This document shows positions 12,397 through 24,166 of a stretch of 64,000 nucleotides of DNA, one piece after another. The stretch lies in NCBI GenBank assembly GCA_036867785.1, contig CP145418.1, positions 1,240,001 to 1,304,000 of the forward strand. The letters run 5' to 3'. The first letter of the stretch is position 1. Every line of letters begins with the position of its first letter. Origin of the DNA: Plasmodiophora brassicae (Eukaryota). Made by a program: the position numbers and the translations under genes. Under the pieces are notes generated by a model that was not told the DNA's origin, ran no database searches, and saw only the letters and a program-made list of their open reading frames with translations.

Positions 12397-13481
12397 CTAA
12401 CGTGTCAGTTCCTCGCAGGACCTCCCGGATGTCAGAGTCTCGTCCGAATCATGCGCCGGCTTTTCGTCACTCATGAGCGGCATGGGCGAATGCGTCGTAT
12501 AGGTCAACGTGAACGTGGACTGGACGTCACCTATACTGTGCGCCCATTGGTCGTTGTCCAGAGAGGTCATGACGCATGTCGCAGAACGCCCTTGGGAATC
12601 CTCGAGGGAGGTTGCCTGGACTATAAAGGTGTTTGCCGGCGAGAATTCCCGAAGGCGTTCTGCAACATAATCTGCCTGGACAACGATCAAATGGGCGTTA
12701 AGTACAGGCGACGTCCACCAACGGACGACCGGCGCTTCCCCAAACATCGCGTGCCCAGCATACTGCCCGTTCGGATGTTGCATGATGTCCGCGTGCCCAT
12801 GTGGCCACGCGACCCTATCCCGGGGCACTCGTGTGCCGACCTACGATACATCCGTCCCACACACGCTCTCTGTAACGTTATAGCGTTAGCGTGGTGCCCA
12901 CTTCATTCTGGGTATCATTCCACACGGCATCGGTTTGCTAGACCCGTGTAAAGACGATAGGAAGCAGGGAAATGTCCACATGGAGAAGTCGTTAGGACGC
13001 GAGATGAGACCGACATCCCGCGCTGCTCGGCCATTCGCACGACACGGCATGAACGTGCGATTTACTGTACATTTGTAGGACAACACGCAGGAGTACAGCA
13101 ATGGAATATTCGAAGAAACAACGTCTGTTGATATGACCCATTTACCGACCGGTCCTGGTACCGGCGTCTACCACGAACCCACCCCTTTGCCAATTTCAAT
13201 CGCGACCTGACCCCTAGCAACGACCGGATACGGTCTTCGCCACGCGTCAGATAGGCCAACGCTCCCGCATGTCGACAGGAACTCGCGCTTTGAACAGTAA
13301 CCGCTATACTACCCTTCGTTCGCGGTGAACCAATACCGACCATCTTCAATGGCCCGACGAACCATGGTTCATGGTCAATGGGACAGGCCGTCCATCCGTT
13401 ATACGGCTGAGCGGCGCAGTGCGTACCATCATCGTGCTCGGGCGACAGGTCACCGCCTGACGACCAGCCGCAGCAGTCCAT
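12397..13481 (-). CDS. Possible multi-exon hypothetical protein
   Basis: Two minus-strand ORF blocks between RPL26 and the next gene; no recognisable motif. Confidence 0.25.
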
Positions 13482-13680
13482 CTGCCGCGTCGGGCGACGC
13501 CTAGCTCGTTTATCACCAATAAACGATACAGAGTTACTTTACCTAATGATAAGGTACGCCGCCTCGGTGTTCGGCATGCACTGGCACCCGCCGTGCGTTG
13601 CGAAGTCCGCGACGGAGTCCGTGGGCTTCTGTCGCTGTTGCCGTGACAGTAGCTCGCTCAGACCTATCCACGAACACGCC

Positions 13681-14751
13681 ATGGTTGGCAAACGCAATGG
13701 TCCCACCAGTGCCACTGGGCCTGTTGCCGTCCTGCTGCAGTCGACCATTGACACCCTTGCTCCCAAACGGGATCGATACCGAGGCAACCCAGACCTATTG
13801 CGTGAGGACCTGTCGGCGTGTTTCGCATTGCTTCCTGAAGGTTCCCGTGCCAGGCACGATCTTATTGCGAACCTGGACCGGCATGTCGCATCTGTCAGAT
13901 CAGCGTTATTCCCGACGTCATCGTATGCAAATGACGATGCCATCGCGGATGCCATATCGTGCCGGGCGCCCGACTGTGGTGCGATCGCGGTGGCGCCTCA
14001 CTCGTCATCGTCCTGTATTCTGGGCCTGAGTGCTCTCATGCCTGACGATGTCACTCGAGTTATCAACGTCATATCACCTCCGTTCCCGGGTAACGACTCG
14101 CTTCGAGACCTTCGGTCACGTCTCGAGCACGCTCTCTCCCACGTTGCATCAGTCTGCGTGGCCTCTATCGTTCGTGTCGCCCTGTTCGATCTGCACGTCC
14201 TGCGTCCTGCATGGGAAAACAATGATGCGGATGCAACCGCATGCCGCTTCCACATCGCACATTTGTTGGGGGTTGCCGACTTGCCGTTCAGCCTGCCCGG
14301 TCCCGAAGACGACGGCCTGGTGCTGAGCGAACTCAAGTACCTGTTGGAGGTGTCGCGCATTCGCAACCTGTCGAACTCGCAGCTGGAACGCGTATCCGTC
14401 TTAGGACAACGACGGGTCGCCAGGACGTCTCCTCTGGCGTTGCTCATGATTGCCAGGATTGGCGTTCCGCTCGGCGAGATTTCAACGCGTTCTGGGCTCA
14501 CTGAACAGGATCTGGTTGCGTCTGGCAACACTGCTGCCATCGATGCCAGGATTGAGGAGCTGGTTGCCGCCATGACGGGATCGCCGCCACCCAGTGACGG
14601 GAACGTGTTCATCCATGACAATATCGGGGACCGGGTCGATGTCGTCGTGGATAAGGTTGGTGATGCCCGTATCAAGGGCGACCACGACGCGGACGAGGAC
14701 CTTCGACGAACGAAGAAACGACGGAAACGACCTTCTACCGTCACTGCTTGA
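13681..14751 (+). CDS. Hypothetical protein with C-terminal NLS-like RRTKKRRKRP (start uncertain)
   Basis: Long ORF (open from 13546) with protein-like composition. Confidence 0.55.
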   Translation: MVGKRNGPTSATGPVAVLLQSTIDTLAPKRDRYRGNPDLLREDLSACFALLPEGSRARHDLIANLDRHVASVRSALFPTSSYANDDAIADAISCRAPDCGAIAVAPHSSSSCILGLSALMPDDVTRVINVISPPFPGNDSLRDLRSRLEHALSHVASVCVASIVRVALFDLHVLRPAWENNDADATACRFHIAHLLGVADLPFSLPGPEDDGLVLSELKYLLEVSRIRNLSNSQLERVSVLGQRRVARTSPLALLMIARIGVPLGEISTRSGLTEQDLVASGNTAAIDARIEELVAAMTGSPPPSDGNVFIHDNIGDRVDVVVDKVGDARIKGDHDADEDLRRTKKRRKRPSTVTA

Positions 14752-14827
14752 ACTATCGATACACAGACGCGTCCTAATGCTGCTCGGCGCGATACGTCAG
14801 TAGGTACGGTATGTCCTCGTGTGTTGA

Positions 14828-15911
14828 CTATGACGACAGACCAGCATACGTATCATGCAACAGCTTCTGGTTCGCCTGCAGCCTGTCAAACCAGGCGGCC
14901 CAAACGTCGAATTGCTCGACGGGCGGCTCGGTCAGCACGAAGTAGATCTCGTTGGTTGGCACGGTCAGTTGCTTCTCACGGAACCCAATCGACATGAGCG
15001 CCTCCAGGCCGCCGTCATGCTTCAGTACGTCATCTACAGCGGGAACGTTGGGAAACGGTCGCAACGTCGAGCGGGCGACCTACTGCCTAGCTTCTCGTTC
15101 GCCTTGCGAACGTGCCGGAACTTGGGGTCTTCCGGGTTGGCGACGATATTGTCGACAATGTCGGATAGGGCTCGCAGGCATTGGCAATAGACGCTGGGCG
15201 TATTGCCTTCTTCGACGATGTTCAGGACCAGGGCGAGCGGCATCGTCTTCGAGCGTTCCAGGCGTTCGGCTAGGACGGCGGCCCGGTCGGCCTCGCGCGC
15301 CTTGATCACTTCACGAACGCCACGCTCGGCCTCATACCTGCGCCGTTCGACGGCGTGAGCGGCCCGCTCTTCGTCCTCTTTCCGCAGACGCTCCTTCTCC
15401 TCGGCCGCCTCCCGCTCTCGTTGCACGACACGATCTGCCTCTTCTCGAGCGAGGCGTTCCTGTTCCTCGATCAGGGCCGCTTGCTGCCGAGCGGCTTCCT
15501 CGGCGGCTTTCCGCTGTTCACGTCCGCATCGAATCGGTTCAAATGCGTCGACGATGCGCTGACAGGCGTCGACGATGCCCGGGCGGGCCGATTCGAATCG
15601 GTCGCGCAGGGCCAGCACCTTCTTCGTCATGGCCGGGCCGAAGACGACCCGATCCGGGTCCGTCTCGGACGCGACCTGCACTAACTCGCCAATGGCCGCC
15701 TCCAACGTCGTACAGCGCCTGCACACGCATTCGACCGTTAGCAGACGGCCGCTGGCGGCGTGGGTCGACCGCGATCCGACTCATCGATCGCCTGCGCCGT
15801 GCGCAGTGCACCTTCGACGGCAACGTCATCGGCCAGCGGCACGCGGCACAGTGTGTCGGCGTCGGCCACGAGCGCGTCCAACTCGGCGCTCGTCTTCTTG
15901 AACTTCGACAT
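14828..15911 (-). CDS. PUB-domain (p97/Cdc48-interacting) coiled-coil protein (multi-exon)
   Basis: LRALSDIVDNIVANPEDPKFRHVRKANEKL...GGLEALMSIGF, preceded by an E/R-rich coiled coil. Confidence 0.82.
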
Positions 15912-16062
15912 GGGGCGCACGCTGCACTCACGCACGCACCTCCGCCGGCAGGGTCACGCACCTCGCGCGTTTACGTTCTGGACGCGCCTCCGTGCCGTTC
16001 TATGTAGACGACGCGTATGCCGGGCGCCATGCCAGGTGTGTATTGTTATGTACCGGACAGTA

Positions 16063-16806
16063 CTATTGCCGGGAGGAACGGTTATCAATGAGCGGGACAA
16101 TGTCGGAGGGATCGTGATCGCGTGTCGCGATGCCCGTGACGGGGCGTACCTGCGGCAGGACGCCATGGTTGACGGCGTCGTTGTCGTCCAGGTCGCAGAT
16201 GACGGCTCCTGCGCACAGCGGTTTAGGTCGGGTTACGTGGAACGGCGATGGCTCCGTATTACGCGAACCTGATCTGTCGTTGTCGGTCCAGCGGCGAGCT
16301 TCGCCCATCTCAACAAGGTGCTCGGGTGGCAATCGGCGGATCAGGCGCTCCTGCAGTGCGGCACCCAGCCAGAGCGTTGACAGGACGAGCAGTAGAGCCA
16401 GATCGGAAACAAGGTGTTTCGGGATCAGGATACGGCCCGCGAGGCAGATCAAGCCGATAAGAGTCTGCAGGATCGGTAGCTGTGGTCGATACCCTGCGGA
16501 TCGGGCGTCGTACGCGACCTGCAGAGCGCTCTGCACGAACGACGACCGCCTGCCGGCGCCCTCCAGCATTTGCCGATCGTGTGACGGCCAACCAGTAATC
16601 AGATCGGAGATCGCATGTCCAGTGTGGCCGGGTAAAGCGAACACTACTCACGGCACGGTGCCCCATGGCCATGTGGACTATAGGTCGGCATTCAGACGTG
16701 AACGCGAAACGACTCCCAGAATACGATCATGTTTCGCTGTCTGGATGATCTGTCATACTAAGCGAACGCACACGCAGGCTCTCTTGTACCACTCGCGAGA
16801 CATCAT
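16063..16806 (-). CDS. Possible multi-exon hypothetical protein
   Basis: Minus-strand ORF 16063-16644 with a helical/hydrophobic segment; boundaries uncertain. Confidence 0.3.
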
Positions 16807-16925
16807 ACCGAGCAGGTGTTCCCTCGACACTGCCCGCGTCATAAAGCCCGTTGCCTGCGGCGCCCTGCGGCACTGCGCCACGACGAGACTGCGCACGGCG
16901 TTCCCGACGTGACGGCGGGTGAAGG

Positions 16926-17545
16926 ATGGCGGGCGGTGCGTTCCCAGTGTTCCCGTCCCCCATTCATCGGTACTACACGCGGCTGTACAGCGCCGACACA
17001 CATCTATACGTACAGTTCTGTGACACACGGACGCCATTGTCGCAACACGCCTGCTGATACGTCGTCCTGCAGTCAGCATTCGAACGGCATCGCCGTCCTG
17101 GGCCTGGCGTGTGGCCATCCTGCCCGCCAGACGCCCGTCACCGCCTGCAACTTCGCGGATAACGTGTCCGCGTTGGTCACATCCGGCAAACGGAAGCGCG
17201 GAGGGCAGGCAACCGCGCCGGGACAGACCCGAATCTGCCAGCTGACCTGCGCCGACGGGCGGTCGTTCGACGTCGTGGCACCGTTCCAAGGATCCATCAT
17301 CGAGATCAACGCCAGAGTTGCCGACAACCCGGCTCTCCTGTCGGACAGAGTACGGGTGCATCGAGTGTCAGGGACCCGTTCTGCCTGATCGATGTGCCCT
17401 GTAGGCTGAAACGGACGGCTGGATAGCCGTGATCATGTTCAAGTCGGCCAAGGCTGCGGAACGGATGCGCTCGGCGATGGTCGACGAAGACGTGTACATG
17501 AGGACGTCACCGCCGGATGTACCTGTGCCTCTCCAAACCGTATAA
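16926..17545 (+). CDS. ABITRAM: ABITRAM / FAM206A (GCV-H-like fold) protein (3 exons)
   Basis: HRYYTRLY, QHSNGIAVLGLACGHP, VTSGKRKRGGQ, ICQLTCADG, GSIIEINARVADNPALL, DGWIAVI. Confidence 0.85.
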
Positions 17546-18257
17546 ATGAGCATTCGTTCGAGGCAGTCGGCAAGCGAACCGCGTCAGACCATTGCGCTGT
17601 TCGAATGATGGTCCATCGGCAGCGCCTCCGCCGAAGATGCTCGTGCTGTGCTTCCCGTATTCGATATGTATGAATCCGTTCATCGCTTGCGTCCTAACGC
17701 GCATCAGTGTATCTGAGCATAACGTCGTCTGACTGGGCCGTGAATACCGGCCTCGCACGATGTGCTCGCAGAGGTGCCCGCGACTATGCTGCGCGTGCCT
17801 GTTTCACGCGACGCCGAGGCCCGAGTACCAGATGTCCCCTGCGACAACGAAGAGCAACTGCTGAATCCGCGTGAATCGTTGGGCGCGGATGGACCGGATG
17901 GCGTCCTCGTTCGCTTGATTGGCGCCTCCGACCGTGTTAACGTGTGAGGAATATGCTGGCTGGGTCCTCCATAGCACTCACTAGGACAAGCGTGGACAGA
18001 CGATCTCTCTCGGGTCGAACTACCTTAACCTGAGTAACGCAGGACCTGCACCGCTTGGAACGATGAGCATAAGCAGGGTGATCTTATAGATCCATCCCTT
18101 CGCGCCCAACGATCCCGCCGATCAGTTGACATTCGTCGAACGCAGCAGCTGGTGTGACAATCCCCGGTCACTCTGTTCAACGGGTTGACACCCGTTATAG
18201 GAATACGGATCCGTAAATGATCCAATTGGGTACCGGTTCATTGTTAGAGTGGCGACG

Positions 18258-19307
18258 ATGGCGGCGGGGAACGCGGATGGCAGTCGGGACGGCGATCTAT
18301 CCAAAGCGCTCGTGTTCCGGTCGCTTCAGATCGAAACGCTACACGTACTGCTGTCACGAGAAGTGAAGCGTTGTCGGGACCTGTCGGCGGCCAACGTTGA
18401 CCTCACTGCCCGCCTCGAACGCGTCACTGCCGATCTAGCCATTGCGAATACGGTCGCTGACGGTCTACGAAGACAGCTCGCCGGCAGACAACATCAATCG
18501 GAACCCCCCGAGGCCGTCACAAGCGTCGAGCAACCGACGCGGACGCCTATATCCCGGTTGTCCATTCCTGTCGACTACGCACGTGACGAGCGGGAGTTCC
18601 AGACGCCTCGAGAGCAGCCATCGCCACGATCGCTCCAAGGGGCGTGCTCGCCGAGATCGCAGCGAGAGCCCAGGTCATCGCCCATGTCGCCTCGGGATTC
18701 GCGTTCATCCAGGCCTACATCCTTGGTCAGCATGCTTGACAGCAGCAGCGAAGGGCGGGATGCGGACGACGACATCAACAACGACGAGGAAGACGACCAG
18801 GTTGCCGACACGCTAGAACAAGCGCGGCCCAGTGTCCGTCGCCGCTCCATGTCAATCTCGATGATGACATTGAGCAACGATGATGACGAACGAAACCGGC
18901 GCAGGGCTATGCCACTGAGTGTATCATCCGATCGCCCGTTCCGTTTGCGGAACGACGAGGGGGGTCATTTCCAGCCCGCAAATCGCCAGAATCCTGTCGA
19001 TAGGCGACGCCATACGGTGACGGACGTCATCAGCGACGATACGAGGGCCGGTGCAGTGGTCGGTACAGGTCGCCGCTCATCCGATCACCAGAAGCGGATT
19101 CAGTCAGGCCCGCCAGCAATGCCGACAGGAGCAACGACGTCAGAGTGGGGAGCGGCGCGTGCACCCAGCATCCTTTTGCAACGCGCGTTGCAATTCAGCG
19201 ACAGACGCGCCAGCATCCAACGGCGGCGAACCGGAACCCTCTTGATGCCGACGACCAGTGAGGCGCCCTCGCCCATCCGGCGCCAAACCGAATACACGGC
19301 CCGATAA
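18258..19307 (+). CDS. Hypothetical protein: N-terminal coiled coil, disordered Ser/Arg/Asp-rich body
   Basis: ~350-codon ORF with a heptad-like segment. Confidence 0.6.
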   Translation: MAAGNADGSRDGDLSKALVFRSLQIETLHVLLSREVKRCRDLSAANVDLTARLERVTADLAIANTVADGLRRQLAGRQHQSEPPEAVTSVEQPTRTPISRLSIPVDYARDEREFQTPREQPSPRSLQGACSPRSQREPRSSPMSPRDSRSSRPTSLVSMLDSSSEGRDADDDINNDEEDDQVADTLEQARPSVRRRSMSISMMTLSNDDDERNRRRAMPLSVSSDRPFRLRNDEGGHFQPANRQNPVDRRRHTVTDVISDDTRAGAVVGTGRRSSDHQKRIQSGPPAMPTGATTSEWGAARAPSILLQRALQFSDRRASIQRRRTGTLLMPTTSEAPSPIRRQTEYTAR

Positions 19308-19940
19308 CCGTCTGCGACAAGTGACGGAAATGGAGATATTCTCTACAGTGCTGCTGTGCGTGTTCCACCAGAACTCTGGTGGCGCGTCCGAGCGTCGTTG
19401 CAGGCCGGTGATGGGGTTGCTCGTCTCTATGATTGTTAGGCGGGGTCCAGGGCCGCGGACCGCTCAGCGTTCAAGGCCCATGACGTCTGCGACCTGTACA
19501 GCAGCGAAAAGCGGTCTGTCGATAATAATTGGACAGAACCACAGCGTTCGCTTACTGCTCACATGTCGGCGAGCTATCGCATCGTGAACGTCAGGGTGGC
19601 GGTCAGCTGAAGCATCGTAGAAGTGTCGTCGAACGCGCGTCGGTTCCCCCGGGGAGCCCCTTGCCAGGAGCGGCTCTCGTCACCGTTGCCAGACACCGTC
19701 GACGCAGCGCATCTGGCGTCGGCGTACAGAGTCTGCTCGCAGAGGCCGGCATCGTCCACGGCAGGACTTGCATGCTGACTGACGGGCGCTACCTCACAGC
19801 CAGCCCGGCATCGATCGATCGACGCGTAACCGCCTGCTTGCAGAGGCGCTCCAGCTGCAGGTGGAAGCGCTGGGCCGGGCGCGACGGGAACACGCACCTG
19901 GTGACGGAGTGTCACACGACCGACTCCTTGTACGCCCTGC

Positions 19941-20581
19941 ATGATGAAGCGCGCGCGTGACACCGTCGCCTTCAGGAAGTGCTACCAGACGATGTGCACA
20001 ACGGCCCTGCGCCGACGTCGACTGCAAGACGTATCGACGTCGCTGTTCACGCGCCACGCCGTCCTGGTCGCCGAGCGCTTGCCGGTCGGCCCTAGCGCGG
20101 TTCGTGCACGGGGAGTTCCCGAACGCGACCGCCGTCATCTGCGTTGGCATCACCATGATCGACTTGGATGTTATCATCATCAACCTGACCGCGTTCGACG
20201 ACCAGGTTGACGATCCTTCAGCTGACCGCCGCCCTGGCGTTCACGATGCAGTCCGCCGTCAGCTTCCTGATGCTGATCGACGTCGTTAGCGCCAGTCGCG
20301 TCCTGGCCGTATCGTCGAAGACGCGGGCGCACGGCGGCGACCAGCGCAGAGGCGTGGCCCATCTGAACAATTGCATCAGCGGCCTTTCCGTCTCAACACT
20401 GCTCTGCTGCATCGGAACGGCCATCATCCGCGTCTCGCCGACGTTCGTCTACTCGACGACCGGCTGGACGACCAGCATGAGCATGGTCGTCAACGGGTGC
20501 GCGCTCGACGTCGCCTTCCACGTTGCTATGTCCAACACGCACCGCGTCCGCGTCGCGTTCAGCGCGGTCCCGCCCGGATGA
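19941..20581 (+). pseudogene. Frameshifted fragment of a multi-pass membrane (possibly GPCR-like) gene
   Basis: Hydrophobic helices split across three frames (VICVGITMIDL; TILQLTAALAFTMQSAVSFL; LSVSTLLCCIGTAII). Confidence 0.35.
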
Positions 20582-20794
20582 CATTGCGGGCGTTCGCAGG
20601 CCACCTCCAAGAATAGGAAAGCGAACCATCGGCGCCTGGCAGCCAAACGTTGCGAGCGGCTTTCGGTCGCCCGCCCCGGTCACGGAAAAGTGCGCGCCCC
20701 CCACGGCAGCCACCGATCTAATTCCGTCGCGTCGCCGTCAGAACGACCCTTGTGTCGGTTCATATCCAATAGGCAATAACGTTGACATCGCACG

Positions 20795-23026
20795 ATGCCA
20801 CCGCAGCAACGAGCGCGATTAATGCGCTTCATCGACGAGGCGTACGTCGATGCGATCACCGAGCGCTGGGCGACGGCGATTCTGTCCCAGATCGACTGTG
20901 CGAAACCGCCGACGTGCCCGATCAGCCTGGAGCCTATCATGGACGCCGCCTCCGGCCGCATCGCCGACGACGTTGTCGCGATCGTCGAGGAGCGCGACGG
21001 GCTATGCCATGCGTTCATGTTCAAGCAGCGCCACCTGGAGGAGTGGTTCCTGGCCAGTCCGGATCGGTTGAACCCGGCGACGAACCGACCGGTCGACGAC
21101 GCGTACTCGTGCCTGATCCCGTTGTCGCGTTCGCTGTACCGACTCGACAACGCTCTGCACGACTATCTGACGGAACGGGGCGATGATGCCTTGTCCGAGG
21201 ACGACCTGCCCGTCTGTGTTCGCGACCTGCTGACGGCGGGCGCCTGCGTCGACGTCGTCCGCTCTGCACACGACCGCCCGCGCCTGTTCCCGCTCGTCAT
21301 CGCCGCCTGCCGGGGCAACATCGCGGTCGTTCGGTGCCTCGTCGAGACGTTTTCGGCCAATGTCAACGTCATTGACGACTCGGGCTTCTCCGTCCTCGAG
21401 CACGCCGCCCTTCTGGGCCATGCCGCCGTCGTCCGGTACCTGATCGAGCACGGTGCCGACGTCCAGGCTGACTACGATGACGGCGAACGCGCCGTCAACG
21501 CGCTGCGAATGGCCGCCGTGGGCGGGCACCTGTCCCTCGTCGTCGACCTGATCGACGAGTTCAACGCCGACATCAACTTCCACGTCCTGCGCGTGAAGTC
21601 GTCCGCCCTGGCGGGCGCTGCCCGCGGCCACCTCGACGTCGTACAGGAGCTCGTCCGGCGCGGCGCCAAGGTCGACATCAAGATCGTCGAGAACCCGCTG
21701 GTGATCGCCGCCGTCGAGGGTCACTTGGACATCGTCCAGTACCTGGTCGTGGAGGCGCGCGCCCAGGTCGACTTCTGCAATGCCGACGGGTTTACGCCTC
21801 TGACGGCCGCATCGCGCGGAGGTCACCTCGACGTCGTCGAATTCCTGCTCGCCAGCGGCGCCCAGGTCGACCTGGGCGACGGACCGCTGCCGCTGATCCA
21901 GGCGGCGTACTTCGGCCACCTCGACGTCGTACGCGTGCTCGTCGAGCACGGCCACGCGTCGATCAACGGCGATCGGAACGCGTCCGCGCTGGCATGGGCC
22001 GCCCACCGGGGCCATCTCGACGTTGTCGAATGGCTCGCGGGGCACGGTGCCGAGGTCGACCCCGCGTACGGCTCCGTCCCCGTCGTCGAGGCCGCCGCCA
22101 ACGGGCACCTCGACATCGTCCGGTTCCTGGTCGAGCGCGCCGCCGCCGACGTCAACTTCGCGTCGGGCGGGCGCAAAGCGGCCGCGTTGGCGGCCGCTGC
22201 CGCGGGTGCCCATCTCGACGTCGTCCAGTGGCTGATCGGGCACGGCGCCGATGTCAACCCCGATTACAACGCTGTGCCCCTGATCGAAGCGGCCGCGAAC
22301 GGCCACGTCGACATCGTCCGGATCCTTCTGGACAACGGCGCCAAGCTCGACTGGTCCAACGCCGACGGCTACTGCTCGTTGATCGCGGCCTCCAACGCCG
22401 GCCACACCCACGTCGTCGAGCTCTTGTGCCTGCGCGGCGCCTCGATGTACGCGACCGCCGGCAACTTGTCGTGGTGGACCGCGATGCACCAGGCGGTGGC
22501 ACGCGGCCATGTCGACGTCGTCGGCGCCCTGCTCCGGTTGCCGAACCTGGACGTGAACGCGCGCCACGACACATTCCCGCTGACGATGATGCAGACGGCC
22601 TGCATCAGTCCGGCGCCCGATTCGCTCGCCATCTGCCGTCTGCTGATCGGTGCCGGCGCCGACGTCGACGCGACCGGCAGCGTCAAGGCGGTGCCGGCGC
22701 CGCTCCTGATCGCCGCCAGTACCCGATCTCTGGAGCTCGTCGAACTGCTCGTCGACGCCGGTGCCGATATGCTCGTCAAGAATGCCGAGCGACAGACGGC
22801 GCTGATGATCGCCGCTAGCAAGGGTCGTGCCGACCTGGTCAGCTACCTACTCGGCCGTCTCCTGGCCGACCGGCGCATCCCGGCCAGGCGCGTCGCGCGT
22901 CAGTTCGCCAAGGCCAAGGTCGCCGCCGTCGACGGCGACCACGTCGACCTGATTGGCGACATTGTCGAGAAGAGTGAGTCGTTCGCGACAAGAAGGCGGT
23001 CGACGTCGTCCTGCGCCATACAATAG
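20795..23026 (+). CDS. Ankyrin-repeat protein with N-terminal U-box-like domain, copy 1
   Basis: Intronless 743 aa; CPISLEPIMD...FKQRHLEEWF...NPATNRPV followed by many GHLDVV ankyrin repeats. Confidence 0.9.
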   Translation: MPPQQRARLMRFIDEAYVDAITERWATAILSQIDCAKPPTCPISLEPIMDAASGRIADDVVAIVEERDGLCHAFMFKQRHLEEWFLASPDRLNPATNRPVDDAYSCLIPLSRSLYRLDNALHDYLTERGDDALSEDDLPVCVRDLLTAGACVDVVRSAHDRPRLFPLVIAACRGNIAVVRCLVETFSANVNVIDDSGFSVLEHAALLGHAAVVRYLIEHGADVQADYDDGERAVNALRMAAVGGHLSLVVDLIDEFNADINFHVLRVKSSALAGAARGHLDVVQELVRRGAKVDIKIVENPLVIAAVEGHLDIVQYLVVEARAQVDFCNADGFTPLTAASRGGHLDVVEFLLASGAQVDLGDGPLPLIQAAYFGHLDVVRVLVEHGHASINGDRNASALAWAAHRGHLDVVEWLAGHGAEVDPAYGSVPVVEAAANGHLDIVRFLVERAAADVNFASGGRKAAALAAAAAGAHLDVVQWLIGHGADVNPDYNAVPLIEAAANGHVDIVRILLDNGAKLDWSNADGYCSLIAASNAGHTHVVELLCLRGASMYATAGNLSWWTAMHQAVARGHVDVVGALLRLPNLDVNARHDTFPLTMMQTACISPAPDSLAICRLLIGAGADVDATGSVKAVPAPLLIAASTRSLELVELLVDAGADMLVKNAERQTALMIAASKGRADLVSYLLGRLLADRRIPARRVARQFAKAKVAAVDGDHVDLIGDIVEKSESFATRRRSTSSCAIQ

Positions 23027-24166
23027 CAACGCGCGTGTGCGACCTCCTTAGCCTCTGAGAGCAGTGTTAGAACGAACGCGCGCAGGCACCGACGACGTCC
23101 ACGATTGTATCGAAGTCGTCGGGCGGACATCGTCGACCCGAGCGCGAGGCGCGCCCCGACCGACGCGTCGCCAGCAGTGTCATGCCCGTCTGCATCATGT
23201 TGCCGACCATCGTCGACGCGTCCGAGACGACGATAAAGTAGTGGTCGGCGGGAGGAGCGCTCATGGCGTCCCCCGCCCACTGCATCGGATCGCGTTCGAA
23301 TGCGACCGGCGTCGTCGATGACGGTCGTCGGAAGGCTTGCGACATGCCCGCCAGGCCCCGGTGGGCGACGGTCGGTAGTGGTATGACGATGCCGGCGATG
23401 TAACGGCAGGCTGTCATCGACACAGCTCGCCACTGAACTGCCTTGCGCGAGATCATTTGTCGCCCAGAGATTGCCCAGCACCGGCGTCGACGTTGCCGAG
23501 CTTGTCGTCAATGCCGTTGTGGCGACGGGCGCCGACGGCCAACGTCAGCATGGACGATATCGAACCAAGCACGGCGACTGGCGTCGCCCAGAGATCCCAT
23601 CGGCGGATGCATTGGACATTGGAGTGCGACGCGCCCAGACCTCGTGTTTGCTCGAATTGGTCGTCGCTGCGGCAGCCCGCTGCACGTATCATCACTCACA
23701 CCGTTGTCGGACGTCTTAGCGCGTAGCACGTCTGATCGCGGCCGGCGCCATGGCATTCGTCTACCTCATACGACCGCCCGGGTATCGGGCGCATCATCGC
23801 AGGATGTCGTCGCTCGGCGACGAAGTCGATTCGTATCCGATGATGATTCTGGCCCGTCTGCTACGTGGACGTTCCGAGTTTGCGACCTGAAACAACCTGT
23901 CGAAGATGCGATTCTCATCAAATTTCGCCATCATCGTAGGCACCTTATGGGAGAAATTGTACGCAAGAGACGACGCTGTTCGGCAAAGTGCATCGGCAGT
24001 ATGTTGTAATATAAGTCAAGCGTTCCGCGCGTCCGTTGGATCGACCCGCTTCGGTGACCCGGTCACGGAAAAGTGCGCGCCCCGACATTCGCCGATCTAA
24101 TTCTGTCGCGTCGCCGTCAGAACGACCCTTGTGCCGGTTCATATCCCATAACGTTGACATCGCGCG

